The notes under the pieces were generated by a model, which saw only the letters and a program-made list of their open reading frames with translations, was not told the origin of the DNA and made no database searches. From Mytilus californianus (lineage: Eukaryota): a stretch of DNA of 64,000 nucleotides. Where the stretch lies: the NCBI RefSeq assembly GCF_021869535.1, contig NW_026262701.1, positions 58,590,001-58,654,000 of the forward strand. Reading direction: 5' to 3'. Positions 1 through 11,839 of this stretch are shown here, piece by piece; position 1 is the stretch's first letter; each line of letters starts with the position of its first letter. Both the position numbers and the translations under genes were made by a program.

Positions 1-204
1 TTGTCTCCCAATATACAAAAACAGTTACATTATATAACCTGAAAGCTAGAAGGGAAATCAAAGACGTTTCATTGACTTTCAAAATGTATAACACCAACAA
101 AAACTGCGATGAGGAACCTCCCTGTATGGGTTGATATCAGCATTATATGAGACAGTCTTTATATACGCCGAGAACCCAAAGTGACCCTTGTATAAAGTAA
201 AACA

Positions 205-495
205 CTCATCATAAACACATCGTACTAGGCTTAAAATTTTGTAAGCCAGACGCGCGTTTCATCCACAAAAGAACCACCAGTGACGCCAGAATCAAAAATG
301 CCAAAAAGGCCAAATAATGTACGAAGTTGAAGAGCATTGCGGACCTTAAATTCCGAGAGGTTTTGCAAAATACACCTAATGTAATCTTTTCCTGGGGAAG
401 AAATCCTTAGTATTTCGAAAAATTCTAAGTGTTGTAAACAGTTAATCTATATTTATGACCATATAAATAATAAGTCATGTCCACACAGAAGTCAA
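205..495 (-). mobile_element. Penelope-like pLTR/retrozyme-type repeat fragment carrying a degenerate hammerhead
   Basis: Minus strand reads CGTCA CTGGTGG TTC TTTTGT GGAT GAAA CGCGCG TC TGGC (244..285), a type I hammerhead layout with a mutated CUGANGA core. Related flanks recur at 21750-21930 (+) and 26280-26460 (-). Confidence 0.6.
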
Positions 496-1501
496 AAATT
501 AAGTCATAAACCACGAAGTATAAATTAAATACCAAATTCCAACAAAACACTTCCCATACTGAAAAAAACAAACCCTACTAAAATTCGGGGTGAACTCGTA
601 TGCTTCGGTTAGTTGTTCGTGACAAGTTAATATCACAGTGATAAATCGTGTTGTGGCAAAGTTACTAGTATTATGTGACAGTCAACCAAGTCATGGTGGC
701 GTTAGTTGAATAAGTTGCGAGTTGCCACATGTAAGCAATTATCATACCCAAGTGTCTAAAATACAAAGGAGGAGGTATAATAAGAGCCATTATTCGGCCC
801 CTGAAATTGAAAAAAAGTAGTAAAATTACTCGAGCCTTTCAGTATTATGTTAATTGTATTGATAAATGAACAGGTCAATATAAATTTCATATTTTAACCT
901 TTTGACAGCTAGCTTTCACCAAAACCGATAAGATAGTTTACACATATTAAAATCTATGTAAAATACATCTAGTAGCAAAATAACTTTTTATCTAAAGTTG
1001 TTCCACATATCTCATATCTCAATATATTGACAAGATCTAAACTTTATATCGAAGTAGCAGTGGTCACATATGAAAAATAGCGTAAAATTATAGTAGTTTG
1101 ATGCAATTAAGCTTTGACTTGTTTGTTGAACACATATTAGTCCTTTTATTAAGTGGAAATCACATACAAAACTCGTCCCTCACCATTGTTTACCGAGAAT
1201 AAACATTTTCCTTGTTTGCCCAAGGATTTGGCTTATCTAGTTTTGTCTTAGTTAAAGGAGCATTAGCTGTCAAATTCATATTCACCGATTTGACTCAAAT
1301 TCTCATATTTGATCTATAACATACTGAAACGTATATCCAAATTACAATAAGTCTGAAATAAACAATTAACATTGCATTGACTCGATAATATATATCAGCA
1401 TTTCGTTTGTATTTTAGTCTATATATTTGTACGCCATCTAGATCTCCGAAGACTGCCGACGGTCACATAACCCGATATAAACATAAACATAAATATTATT
1501 A

Positions 1502-1643
1502 GTTACATAGTGTGCTATTGACCTAATACGATATATATATTGGGTCAGTAAATTCCATATTGGATGAGAGCGAAGCTAAAATCACCATATGGAATTGACT
1601 GACCCCATATATGTCGTATTAGGTCACTAGCACACTGTGTAAC
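1502..1643. repeat. Long imperfect palindrome (about 60-bp arms) with AGC-GAA-GCT mini-hairpin in the loop
   Basis: gttacatagtgtgctattgacctaatacga...ttccatat is inverted against atatggaatt...tcgtattaggtcactagcacactgtgtaac. A partial arm copy occurs near 1897-1915. Confidence 0.85.
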
Positions 1644-2334
1644 AAATTTATCTTACCGACTATCTTAACGTGTGGTATTTAAACTAATGGCATATCAAAG
1701 TCTTCCGTTGGTCTTTACAAAAACAAATGCCAACTGAAACAACTTGAAAGCTTTTAATGTGTTTTAGGAATTTATTTCAATCGTTCATCATCAATTTCTT
1801 CGTCTGTTGAAACCTTACAGATTTTTTCTCAACACCGTGTTGTTTTTACAAAGGGACGTAACACCAGAACTAACCGTGTATGGAAATAAATCACGCCTAC
1901 TAACCCCATATGAAATGTAAACGGTCTCCACGCCGTTGCTTTTAACTAATCATATACCTAGAAATGTATAAGAGGTAAGATAAAAAAAGATAGCGACCTC
2001 GTCCAATTGGACTTTTCTTGGTCTGTTAGATTTCATGTTATTAGGTTAAAAGATAAAAATAAGTTAAATTCGTCGTTTTTTTACCTGTATAAGAATGATT
2101 TTTTTTGGATCGAATCAGTCAACGAAATGGTTCACCTTTGTTTCACTTTCAATGTTGACATTCTTTTTACTTTTAATCGCTGAACACGACTAATACATGC
2201 GTAACCAATCTCTTGTTAATGGGTTAAATTGAAGGTTACATGGATACGGACCAATGAGGTCGAACTATCCACTTGCAAGTGAAAAATTCATAAGCGATGT
2301 TTTTAGCTTATTTTAACAAAATTGAACTAAACCT

Positions 2335-2790
2335 GTGCTAGTATCATGAAGCAATATTAGTGCATAAGATGATCTTAAGATGATCTTATCTGCTAAGAGT
2401 GTATCTTGAAGTAATCTTATAATGATTGACAGCCCTTAAAATGCATGTCGCACTCGCAACCCTAAGAGTACTCTTTATCCTTCTCGGAACGCTCTCTTAG
2501 TTTTAATCTTAACCACCGAGTATCTTGAACGTCGACAATCAAGTTAAGATCGTCTTTGATTACTCTTAGCAAATTTTAAGTGTATCAGCATTCTTTTTTT
2601 ACTGAAAACTGAACAGAAATTTCTAAGAGTGGTCAGGGGCACCCCTATCTCTCTCTTAGTTGATAAAATGGCGCTTGCAATGTTCTTGCTTGTGCGTTCA
2701 AGAGAGCAAAATAGGATATCCATGAGGATCTTCAGAGATGGAACAAATCCATTGGATTTCCTAGACGACAGTAGAATTATCCGTGATTAC
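2335..2790 (+). mobile_element. PIF/Harbinger transposon 5' fragment (subterminal repeats plus start of a HARBI1-like transposase)
   Basis: ATG at 2668 gives MALAMFLLVRSREQNRISMRIFRDGTNPLDFLDDSRIIRDY, resembling the N-terminus of Harbinger DDE nucleases (FRD-x-x-NPL-D/E...Y). It is preceded by repeated CTAAGAG/CTCTTAG motifs and truncated at about 2790. Confidence 0.6.
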
Positions 2791-2895
2791 AATATCGGAA
2801 AATGTCCCGAGTACATGTAACAGTATTTTTTTTCATCTGAATAACTGTCAGCATTGTTTTCGATTCATCTTTGTTAAAATTGGCTGTTCTTATAA

Positions 2896-3412
2896 TAAGA
2901 AGATGTGGTATGATTGCCAATGAGACAACTATCTTGCAAGGTTCAAATGAAGTGGATGTAAGCAATTGTAGGCAATCGTACGGCCTTCAGCAATGACAAA
3001 AACCCATACCATATAGTCGGCTATTAAAGGCTCCGACATGAAAAATATGAACAATTCAATTGAGAAACCCAACGGCCTAATCTATAACAAAACAGTTTAC
3101 GAAAAACAAATATGGCAGACATGAGCCAACGTCAACCACTGAACTACAAGCTCCTGATTTGGGACAGGCACATACAGAATGTGGTGGGGTAAACATGTTT
3201 GAGAGCGCTCAACCCTCCCCTAACCTGGGTCAGTGGAGTTACAGCAAGAGCAAACTCTGTAAATCAGTTGAAAAAGGCTTAACTAATCAGATCGATACAA
3301 AGCAGAACAGCTAACAAATACACAAACCGGACATGACGCATGGTATTTATACATCCCTAACAACAAAAAAGACACAAAGTATAGATCTGAGGGTACTCGC
3401 AGTTACTGACAG
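2896..3412 (-). mobile_element. Interspersed repeat family A (long form) with degenerate twister-like core
   Basis: Same gatgtggtatgattgccaatgagacaact terminus as 4297, 20110, 23680, 24590, 61180, 62960 and 63410. The core lies at about 3135-3235. Confidence 0.85.
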
Positions 3413-3584
3413 CTTGCTGATTTACTGATAACAAAATCAATATTCATACCAATAAAAATAATATTAAAGGTATAATGATTAGAGTGTTGAATTGGTAACC
3501 TTCTAGAATAAGTTTATTTGAAGGAGTGATAAGTCCTGATAAGTTTACCCGGATCCTTTCTAAATTTTCAGGCTCGGTAAACAA

Positions 3585-3879
3585 GAGGGTAAGAATGCCC
3601 TTTACCGTCAGACGCCAAACGGTCATTTTCGGCTACCGTTAACGTCAAAAATGGTGATTTGTCAAAATATCCTTGTCTTGATTCGTCACAGGTCTCAAAT
3701 AATCATTCGTTACCGTTTTATTTTTGGAAAGAATTTATCGTGATTCGTCAAAATCAGTCGTTTTTATCGTCATTAAGAAAATGTACATTTTATCGTCATG
3801 TATTAAAAATTACGTTAACGTCATTTGGCAAGATTTTTTTACCGTTATTCGTCATGAAGGTACCCCCATTACAACCCTC
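3585..3879. mobile_element. MITE with GAGGG...CCCTC termini and 6-bp TSD (AAACAA)
   Basis: TIR gagggtaagaatgccct / ggtacccccattacaaccctc. AAACAA is present at 3579-3584 and 3880-3885. Confidence 0.7.
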
Positions 3880-4289
3880 AAACAAAATCACCGTAAAAAT
3901 TAGGATCTGCTATTCTGTTTGAAATACGTTTTCTACAGGTAGAGCCGAACTCGCAATCCAAATCTGTGTATCTATGGAAAAATTTAGTTCAGGTTTTAAG
4001 TAATTTGAGGTAACGAAATCCTGGACTTAATCATTTTAATAATCTATCAGTAACACATATATTATGTTCATTGAAATCTAAAACGTCACTACAGACAAGG
4101 ACACAGCGGACGAGTTGGGAAATATAAACACCGCAAGACGGTGCCAGTGAAACATCACCGTCAAAAAATGAAAAATTAACAATAGGGAAAGAAAAATCAT
4201 CCCTTGTTTTCTTCGGACCGTTTGGAGCACCTCCTTCTGCCCTTTTTGTTTTTTATTCAATGTTTGAAAATATTTCTTTAGTATAAAAA

Positions 4290-4730
4290 AAAAGAGATAT
4301 GGTATGATTGCCAATGAGACAACTATCCACCAAAGTTCAAATGAAGTAGATGTAAGCATTTATAGGCAATCGTAGGGTCTTCAACAATGAGAAAAACCCA
4401 TACCGTATAGTCGGCTATAAAAGGAATAGACATGAAAAATATGAAACTATTCAATTGATAAAACTAACGGCCTAATTTATAACAAAACAATTCACGAAAA
4501 AACATATATGACAGACATATACTAACGACAACCATATGAGCAAAAAAAAAAAAAACGACAACCACTCAATAGCAATCAATGGTCAATAATCAACTAATGA
4601 CTTTGGACCGAGCTTTTGACAGGCACATATAGGATCATATAGAATATAAGGCGGGGTTAAATATGTTTCTAAGCGCCAACCCTCCCCTAAGATTGGACAG
4701 TGGTGTAACAGTACAACATAAGAACAACCA
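4290..4730 (-). mobile_element. Interspersed repeat family A copy
   Basis: Colinear with 2896-3260. The twister-like core at about 4610-4700 has a damaged L4. Confidence 0.85.
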
Positions 4731-5196
4731 ATAAAAACAAGTATTTTAAGTATGTTTTTCGACCGTTCTATTAAACGCACAGATGACTTTTACTATCGAT
4801 TTTGCCTTAATATTCTCTTCAAAAATCAAAGGCGATCACTTCGAAAAGTCGATAGGAGTACTATGTTTACTCGCAGTCGTATGTGTATACTAAGATAGCT
4901 GTAAAATTGTTAAGAGTAACCCACGAGGGGGTTTGGAGATACGCTCTTAGCACCATCGTAACTTTCTCGATAATCTCCATCACAGAGTTCATATCAGTTA
5001 CGAACGTGCTCTACAATACTTTAAGGTATAGAACTACGCAGTATGGAACGGAACGGGAATGATCTGTGTGCCGGAGATCGATCAGGAGAATGAAACCCCA
5101 TAAATCGAGGAAGAAGCGGTAAAATTTTAACAAATGTGATGTCGTCTGTGTATAATGTTTTTTTGGCGATTCCTGATTTCCCTTTTTACATCTTAA

Positions 5197-5509
5197 GAGG
5201 ATTAGATAGAGAGAGAAGGAACAAGGTCTTCATTTCTGTATTTTAAAAGTTTTTAGGCCATTTTTCTCTATTCATTATCCACCCCTCCTATTGTTCTCCG
5301 TTTTTTTATATATTTTCTAGCAACCCATTAGACTTTATTCTTTATGTGTTAGCTCCCTGTTACTTAAATTTAAGCACCCAATTATTTTCTATTCTATATT
5401 TATATTTAAGAACCCAATTATTCATTTTTCTTCCTTTTATTACTCATTTTTCTATTTTCTTTATTTTTTATCTATTATTCTCTAGTCTGAGAGTCCCACC
5501 CAGACCCTT
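5197..5509. mobile_element. Degenerate GAGGG-type MITE
   Basis: gaggattagataga ... cccacccagaccctt termini. The strongly purine/pyrimidine-skewed interior resembles the reverse of 6507-6808. Confidence 0.55.
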
Positions 5510-5779
5510 TATTATAATAACACAATACCTAATGTACTTGTTTCATGCCATGGTAAAAAAAACCTTCCCTCTTTGGTTAAGAAAGAAAAGGTGCTTTACC
5601 ATCGCATATATCAAGTGCCTGTGCAAAACACAGTTAAAGCGGGACTGAACTAAAATGCTCTGACAGGAAAAGCAACCCACAACCAGTTTCACTAGTGACA
5701 CCCATCACTCTGTCGTTTAATTCAAAAAGAAATCATTTCGTATCATAAGTTTTATTCCAATTGTAAGTAAAACATGAAA

Positions 5780-6230
5780 ACAACACGTTATATAAATTCC
5801 ATGCGTCCGAAGCGCTTTTCTGGATTAACCTTCACCAGGAACGCTCAAGGCAACTATTTGAAAGCCAAGGATTTATAAGAACCAAAACAATTGAAGAGCT
5901 ATATAACCAAAAAGAACCTAAAAATAGCCAAATCCACCTAAGGCTAATTTTGCCTGAGGGAGTTGACACCTTAGTTTCAATACATGTAACACCATGTTTT
6001 CTTTTTTAAGGAAATTACCATTGTGACAACAAACTTGATATCACAGGTATATTCCCTGATGGACTGTTACTCCTCTAGGGTATCAACAGCTGAGTTGTCA
6101 GTGGTTCGGTACTGACATGGTTTATAACAAACTTAAACATGCGATTAAATTATCCGTCAATAAATTTGAGAAATTATTAAGAAACCAAGGTTCGTACCCC
6201 TTCAGGCAAAGTTGACCAGTAGTAAATATA
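5780..6230 (-). mobile_element. Second pLTR-like repeat family with hammerhead-like motif
   Basis: Minus strand 5844..5803 reads GCGTTC CTGGTGA AGG TTAA TCC A GAAA AGCGC TTC GGACGC. Plus-strand relatives occur at 38487-38530 and 39740-39902. Confidence 0.6.
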
Positions 6231-6247
6231 GCTATTTGTTATGTCCT

Positions 6248-7495
6248 TTTTGGCTCAACTGGCCATTAGTCCACATGAGCTACTCTCATCACACGGAATC
6301 CGTCGTCGTCGTCGTAAACTTTTGCAAAGATCTTCTCCTTTTAAAACTACCAAACTAATTTCAACAAAACTTTGAGTGAATGATATTGATCATAATAGAT
6401 AGAGATAATTTGCAGGGCAAAAAATGAAAAAAAAAAAATATCAAAATCTACCTAACTCCTTTTTTCAGCAAAATTACTCGACTGATGAATCCCTAAGGAG
6501 ACATAACGGGGTATGTATGGGGTTTACAGAATAGAGAATAATGGCAAAAAAGTTAATCGAGAAACATGAGCAATAAAGAAAAGAATAGAGAATAATTGTG
6601 GAATGTAAAACAATTAGGTTATTATATTATAATACTAATTACAGAAATAAATGCTATACAGAATTAAAAAAAATATCTAATTACAGAAAAAAATAATAGT
6701 AAAGTTAATTTCATGAGCAATTTACAGAACAAGCGTTATTTTAAAAATAAAGAAAATGCCATAAAACTTTAAAGAATACAGAACTTAATGACCCTCATCC
6801 AGACCCTCATATAATATTGACCTGAAATGACGATGTTTTGCCATTTTTTCATGTTTTTACCTATTATCTAAAACAACTACAGTAGTATATCAGATAAGTA
6901 AAAACTGTCATGGTTAAAAATAATCAGAAATACAAGAACTACACAAATGCATATATGACCTTAACCATTTGAAAACTACGTAAGGAGTCAATGCCCTTAA
7001 ATGACGATTTTTGGCTAAATTTGGTTGTTGTGCCTTTTATTTCTAAACCATGTATAATAGTTAGGAAGAAACTGTATAAAGCAAACTAATCAGATATAGA
7101 ACATCTACAAAAATGCGAATACAACTGAACAATGTGTCTACTGCGTATAGTCTTAAATTTTCGTTTACTTTCTGTACTTTTTCAAAGAATTTTCCCTCTA
7201 AAACTACTGAACCAATTTCAACTAAACTTTGGAAAAATGAACCTTAGATTATATAGAACATGCATAAAGTTTGACTTTTTTCGTTCAGTTAACAAATTTG
7301 GCCCCAGGGCTAGAAATAGAAAACAAGGGTAAAATCCATTATTGTTTTATATCTCGAAAATCATAATAGATAATCTAATCCTTCAACGTCTGCATCTGTT
7401 ATAACGATATATAAATATATGGAAAATATGAATTTTTTTCATAAATCATCGGTCAATTGTCAAGTGCAGGAACGAACCAATGTCCATAGTACTAG
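6248..7495 (+). mobile_element. Pearl/HINE-like (non-autonomous Helentron-type) element, degenerate
   Basis: Starts ttttggctcaactggcc...gagctactctcatcac, then a (GTC)n microsatellite at 6297-6314. Core units (aaaactact...aatttcaac-aaactttg) occur at about 6340 and 7200. It is interrupted by the MITE at 6507-6808. Confidence 0.6.
6507..6808. mobile_element. GAGGG-type MITE with near-perfect 6-bp TSD
   Basis: cggggtatgtatggggttt / aatgaccctcatccagaccctc termini; flanks ACATAA and ATATAA. Confidence 0.65.
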
Positions 7496-7837
7496 AATTC
7501 ATCCAGGTTAAGGAATGATTCGGGTTGCACAATCTTTGTACCTATAGCTATCTATGTAATGTTTTGTTGATCGTGGTTTTATTTTGCTTTTTCTTTTGAC
7601 CTTATCGGGTTTTCTTTCATATTTCAGTTTCAAATTTCCATCCTATGAAGTATTATTTGTCTGAGACCAAATACATATCTGTTTGAACGTCAAGCTTCAT
7701 TTGCTCTAACTTATTAGAGGATTGCAGATGATTAACGATCAGTAAGGACTTGAAGATGATGACATGTATGGCCATTTGAGGTTGAACTAAACAAAAACAA
7801 GCAACCATTTAAATTAAGCTGTCCTAGTTAATACTAA

Positions 7838-8398
7838 AGGAGAAGGTCCGGTAAAGGCTAATTTTGGCCTACAATTTGAAGTACATCTGAATAATGATTT
7901 TTAACATTTTTTAAACACCGCAGTCGATTCAATGAGTTGGTGTAAAAACATTAAACTGATTTGGTCATTAAAGACGCTAAAATTCAAGCTTAAATATGCA
8001 AAATCTGTCAAAAAAGCCGCAAAATGTCACTTTGCCGATGTTTCTTGTCTAAAATATAAGTAGCCGCATACGTGTTCGGTCTCTTTTATATACATGTATG
8101 TTATGTATCATCCTCAAATACAACAAAAACTAAAATATTAAGACTGAACACACTTCCATTTTAGACAAAATCTGTCAAAAAATTAGTACAAATGCTAAAA
8201 TTGTAAATATATTTGTAATTTTGCATGAATTAATGATGCTCGTACCTGATGCATGTGCATTGTATTGTCAAAAACAGCCCATATTTATGTAACAAAAGTA
8301 TTCTACTTTCCAATCAATAGCTAGAAGTTTACGTTTTAACAAATTTGTAAAAGTGCTATATTTTGGGGTCAGAAAGGGGTCTTACCGGGCCCACTCCT
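7838..8398. mobile_element. Kolobok-like MITE
   Basis: TIR aggagaaggtccggtaa / ttaccgggcccactcct. Flanks CTAA and TTGA look like decayed TTAA, and AG termini with TTAA targets are typical of Kolobok. Confidence 0.6.
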
Positions 8399-9554
8399 TT
8401 GATTATCATTTCTCAGAGTAAGGAAAACAATGGGCAATCAAAACAAAAATTTCAAAGGAGATACAAAAAAAGTTTGCATAGATGTATGACGATTTCTTTT
8501 TCAAAACATATATTGATTTTGTCCCATACATAACATATGTTTTGTTATTATACATGTCAAAGGTATGCTACGGGGATGATTATTTGATTTACATGCCTCG
8601 TATTGAGATTATGGGATTGCCCATACATTTTTACTTTATCATGACATTTAGGTCTCCTGATGAAATATTTTCGATTTCAATAGCTTCACTTTAAATATTC
8701 AACCCGAAAGTCCGCTTACGGTACTAGTATATATAGAGACAATATTGTGTCAGGAAACAAGACTAGACATTTAAGCATGGATCTGCAAAATCGGTTGACC
8801 AGAATGGAGAGAGAAAAAACAAATATGATTACTAATGATAAAAGTGTATTTAAGTTTTGGGAAGAACGTTTTTGTACGTGCAGAGCGTCTTATTGTACAA
8901 AAGCATTTTATGTTAGTCCCTATACCAACCGACGTGTGTGTGTATTTACGAACCGAACAACCAAACGCTCCTCCTTAGAATGGACTTTACTGTCAATTGT
9001 GAGAAGTACAGGTAAGCACATTTCTATGACTGTATATTCTTTTGGGTGTTCAAAAATCGAAAAAAATCTTCCAGAGACTAAAGCGGCTACTAAAGGACAG
9101 CATTGTATGTTTTCTTGTTAGAAACGTAAGATATGTACTGATAAATTATATTTTTGTAAAAGCAACGCTCGTTTGATTTTGGGGACAGAGAGGGTGTACT
9201 TGTTTTTTTTTAATCCCCCCCCCCCCCCTCGCCCTAGAAAATCAAATAGTAGTCCCATATAATAAGCTCGGTTATGATGTGTACCCCTGGGAAACTGGGG
9301 TCTCCATTAATGTGACTGCATTCCAGCAACACATCAAAACTTTCCCTATCACCTTAAGTCCACGCTATGGCTGTTGCAATTTACCTTGGAGTTCGATATT
9401 TTTGTTATACTTTTGGCATGTGAGTTCCCAATGCTGTTGCTAATTCTTCAGTCTTAATTTAAACACTCATAAAAATAAGGAGATGTTACATATAATTGCC
9501 AATGAGACAACAATCTAGCTGAGATCAAAGGACGAGAATGTGAAGGAGAACGGT

Positions 9555-11048
9555 AAAATTGAGAATGAAAATGGGGAATGTGTCAAAGAGACAACAACCC
9601 GACCAAAGAGCAGAAAACAGGCCAAGGTCACCAATGGGTCTTCAACACAGCGAGAAAATCCCGCACCCGGAGGCGGGCTTCAGCTGGCCCCTAAACACAA
9701 ATGTGTACACGTTTATTTGTTGATAAGGTTCATAAGTGTTTCTCGTTTCTCGTTTTATATAGATTAGACCGTTGGTTTTCCTGTTTGAATTGTTTTACAC
9801 TAGTCACTTTTGGGCCCTTTGTAGCTTGCTGTTCGGTGTGAACCAAGGCTCCGTGTTGAAGGCCGTACTTTGACCTATAATTGTTTACTTTTTACACATT
9901 GTGACTTGGATGGATAGTTGTCTCAAAATGACAATGATACATAAATTAACAAAGGTCAACTAGCAGTTACTGACATGCCAGCTCCAGACATCAATTAAAC
10001 TGAATGAAAGATTATGTCTTCATCATATGAAAATCAAGCACTGTACCTCCCGTTAGGGGTTATGTATCATACCATCATAAAGTATATGAGAAGAATATAA
10101 CCCGTATCATGCCAACAATTTCTTTGAGAGCAAATGTATTTATTTCCGATGCAAAGACCCTATTAGTGAATCAATATTAATTCCAAAATATGCCATCTTT
10201 TTTAATGACTGGACAACAGTATCGTAACTATATCCCTTCTTTATAAGTCTGTTTAAAGGTTTGGTTAGCTTTTGAAGTGAATGACGACATTTGTGTGCTT
10301 TGTATAGAAAATTACCATAAAAGATTGGATGTAAAATATCTGAACGTAATAGATGTCTGCATGTTGATTTATATTTACGAATGAAGTCCTTGTAAGTTGC
10401 ACTACTGTAAATATAGACAATGCAATTTCCCATTGCGGTAAAAACTGTGCCACTTTTACTATAGAGTTTCGTAAAAAATATATCCTAAAACGGAAAGTTT
10501 ATGTGCACTACTATTTTATTCAAAGGTCAAAACATAGGACTGTGTGGCATGTTTGCAACATTTATATGCGTAGAAATTCTAAGAGTTTAACCTTATACTA
10601 AAATTCTGTACTACTCCTACCTTCACTTTTGGTCTTCCTCAGAATTCAATTTTCACCGCTACCATGTGTTTTTATACTGATAACATTCCCAAGTTATGTC
10701 TCTATAAAATGAAACATAGAGTTCACATCGTGGAACCAGTACGTAAACAAAACAAAATATCTATGAATATTATAATTATACCTCCCCAAAAGAGGCATTG
10801 TTTGTGAAACAGCTATATTAACAAAGTGCAACCTGTACCGATGATAAAATTTAGTAAATGCTTTGTGTTTTGACTAGTTTGTGATATCGAAAACCTGGTG
10901 TAATAATTTTTCAGTAATACAGAGATTTCTTTCGTTAAAATCAAAACATTGTTACATACACGAGCAAATCGAACAAGTTGAGATATATAAACACCATCAG
11001 ATGGTGACAAGGGAAGTCACCATCTAGAAATGGATAATTAACAATAGG
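9555..11048 (-). mobile_element. Penelope-like element family B: RT C-terminal fragment plus 3' region, with internal deletion and a family A' insertion (9720-9925)
   Basis: ORFs 10813..11010 (SPSDGVYISQLVRFARVCNN) and 10140..10433 (HPIFYGNFLYKAHKC...SLHRK) are PLE RT thumb/C-terminal sequence with frameshifts. It is colinear with 54845-55910. Confidence 0.8.
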
Positions 11049-11436
11049 TGTATGTTTTCCGTTAGAAACACGAGTTTGCATATTTCCGAATTCCTTGTAT
11101 GTTCCAGTTGGAATCTGAAGGTTACAATGTTCTAAATAAAGTTACATGGGCGCAGCCATTCTCGAAGGAATCAAGGCATACAGATAAAAAAAAAGCCAGA
11201 TATCTGTGATTGGTTGTTATATAATTTTTAATTTTTTTTTCCTGGGAAGCATTATGAATAAAGTTTAATTCAAGCACACATTTGTCCTCAAACGTATATT
11301 ATGAAGGGCTGGCGATTTTTGGAATTTTATCAAAATTTCAGAAAATTTCTGCGAAATGGTTAGGTAAAAATGTATGGTAAACAAAACCAAAGAATTCCAA
11401 AAGAAAAGCCATCCATGAGAACATATATATATATAT

Positions 11437-11839
11437 ATGGATATGTCGTAGAGTTGTCACTTGTTTAGAATTACTCTAAATATCAGCACAACAATGTTAA
11501 ATCTGGAAATTTGCGGAAGCAAATGTTTGATCCTCTCTCGCCGGGATGCGAACTCATGCTATTGGGATATCGAGAGAACTACGCCTGCACAGTGTCCAGC
11601 GCTCTAGACCACTCGGCCACCTAGACTGAACTAAAAATTCAGCTTTCGGTGACCCAGTGTTAACTTTCCTCGTCAGTAGAATCTAGAGTTGTAACTCAGT
11701 ACATGATAGATTAGGCATTAAGATGTAATTGATTGCAGATTAGCTAAATTATCTATCGTAAAGGATCGTAAGATGCAGTCACAGAAATAATTATTTGATA
11801 AGTACGTATAAATAAGTGACAACTACACGACAGATCCAT
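11437..11839. mobile_element. MITE with about 28-bp TIRs enclosing a tRNA-like cassette
   Basis: atggatatgtcgtagagttgtcacttgttt is inverted against aataagtgacaactacacgacagatccat. Confidence 0.75.
11535..11626 (-). other. tRNA-Leu/Ser-like Pol III type-2 promoter cassette (not a full cloverleaf)
   Basis: A box TGGCCGAGTGG and B box GAGTTCGCATCC. The 5' part gtctaggtggccgagtggtctagagcgctgg resembles tRNA-Leu; the acceptor stem cannot be closed. Confidence 0.65.

Noticed and set aside
6482-6506. CTGATGA-ATCC-CTAA-GGA-GACA hammerhead look-alike
   Set aside because: No GAAA box, no stem I/III partner, and it is cut by the MITE at 6507.
8747-9121. 124-aa ORF with a gtaag donor-like site
   Set aside because: No recognisable domain and no partner exons.
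11535-11626. Functional tRNA genes here and at 50586 and 51414
   Set aside because: A/B boxes are present, but acceptor and anticodon stems cannot be formed; treated as tRNA-derived cassettes.
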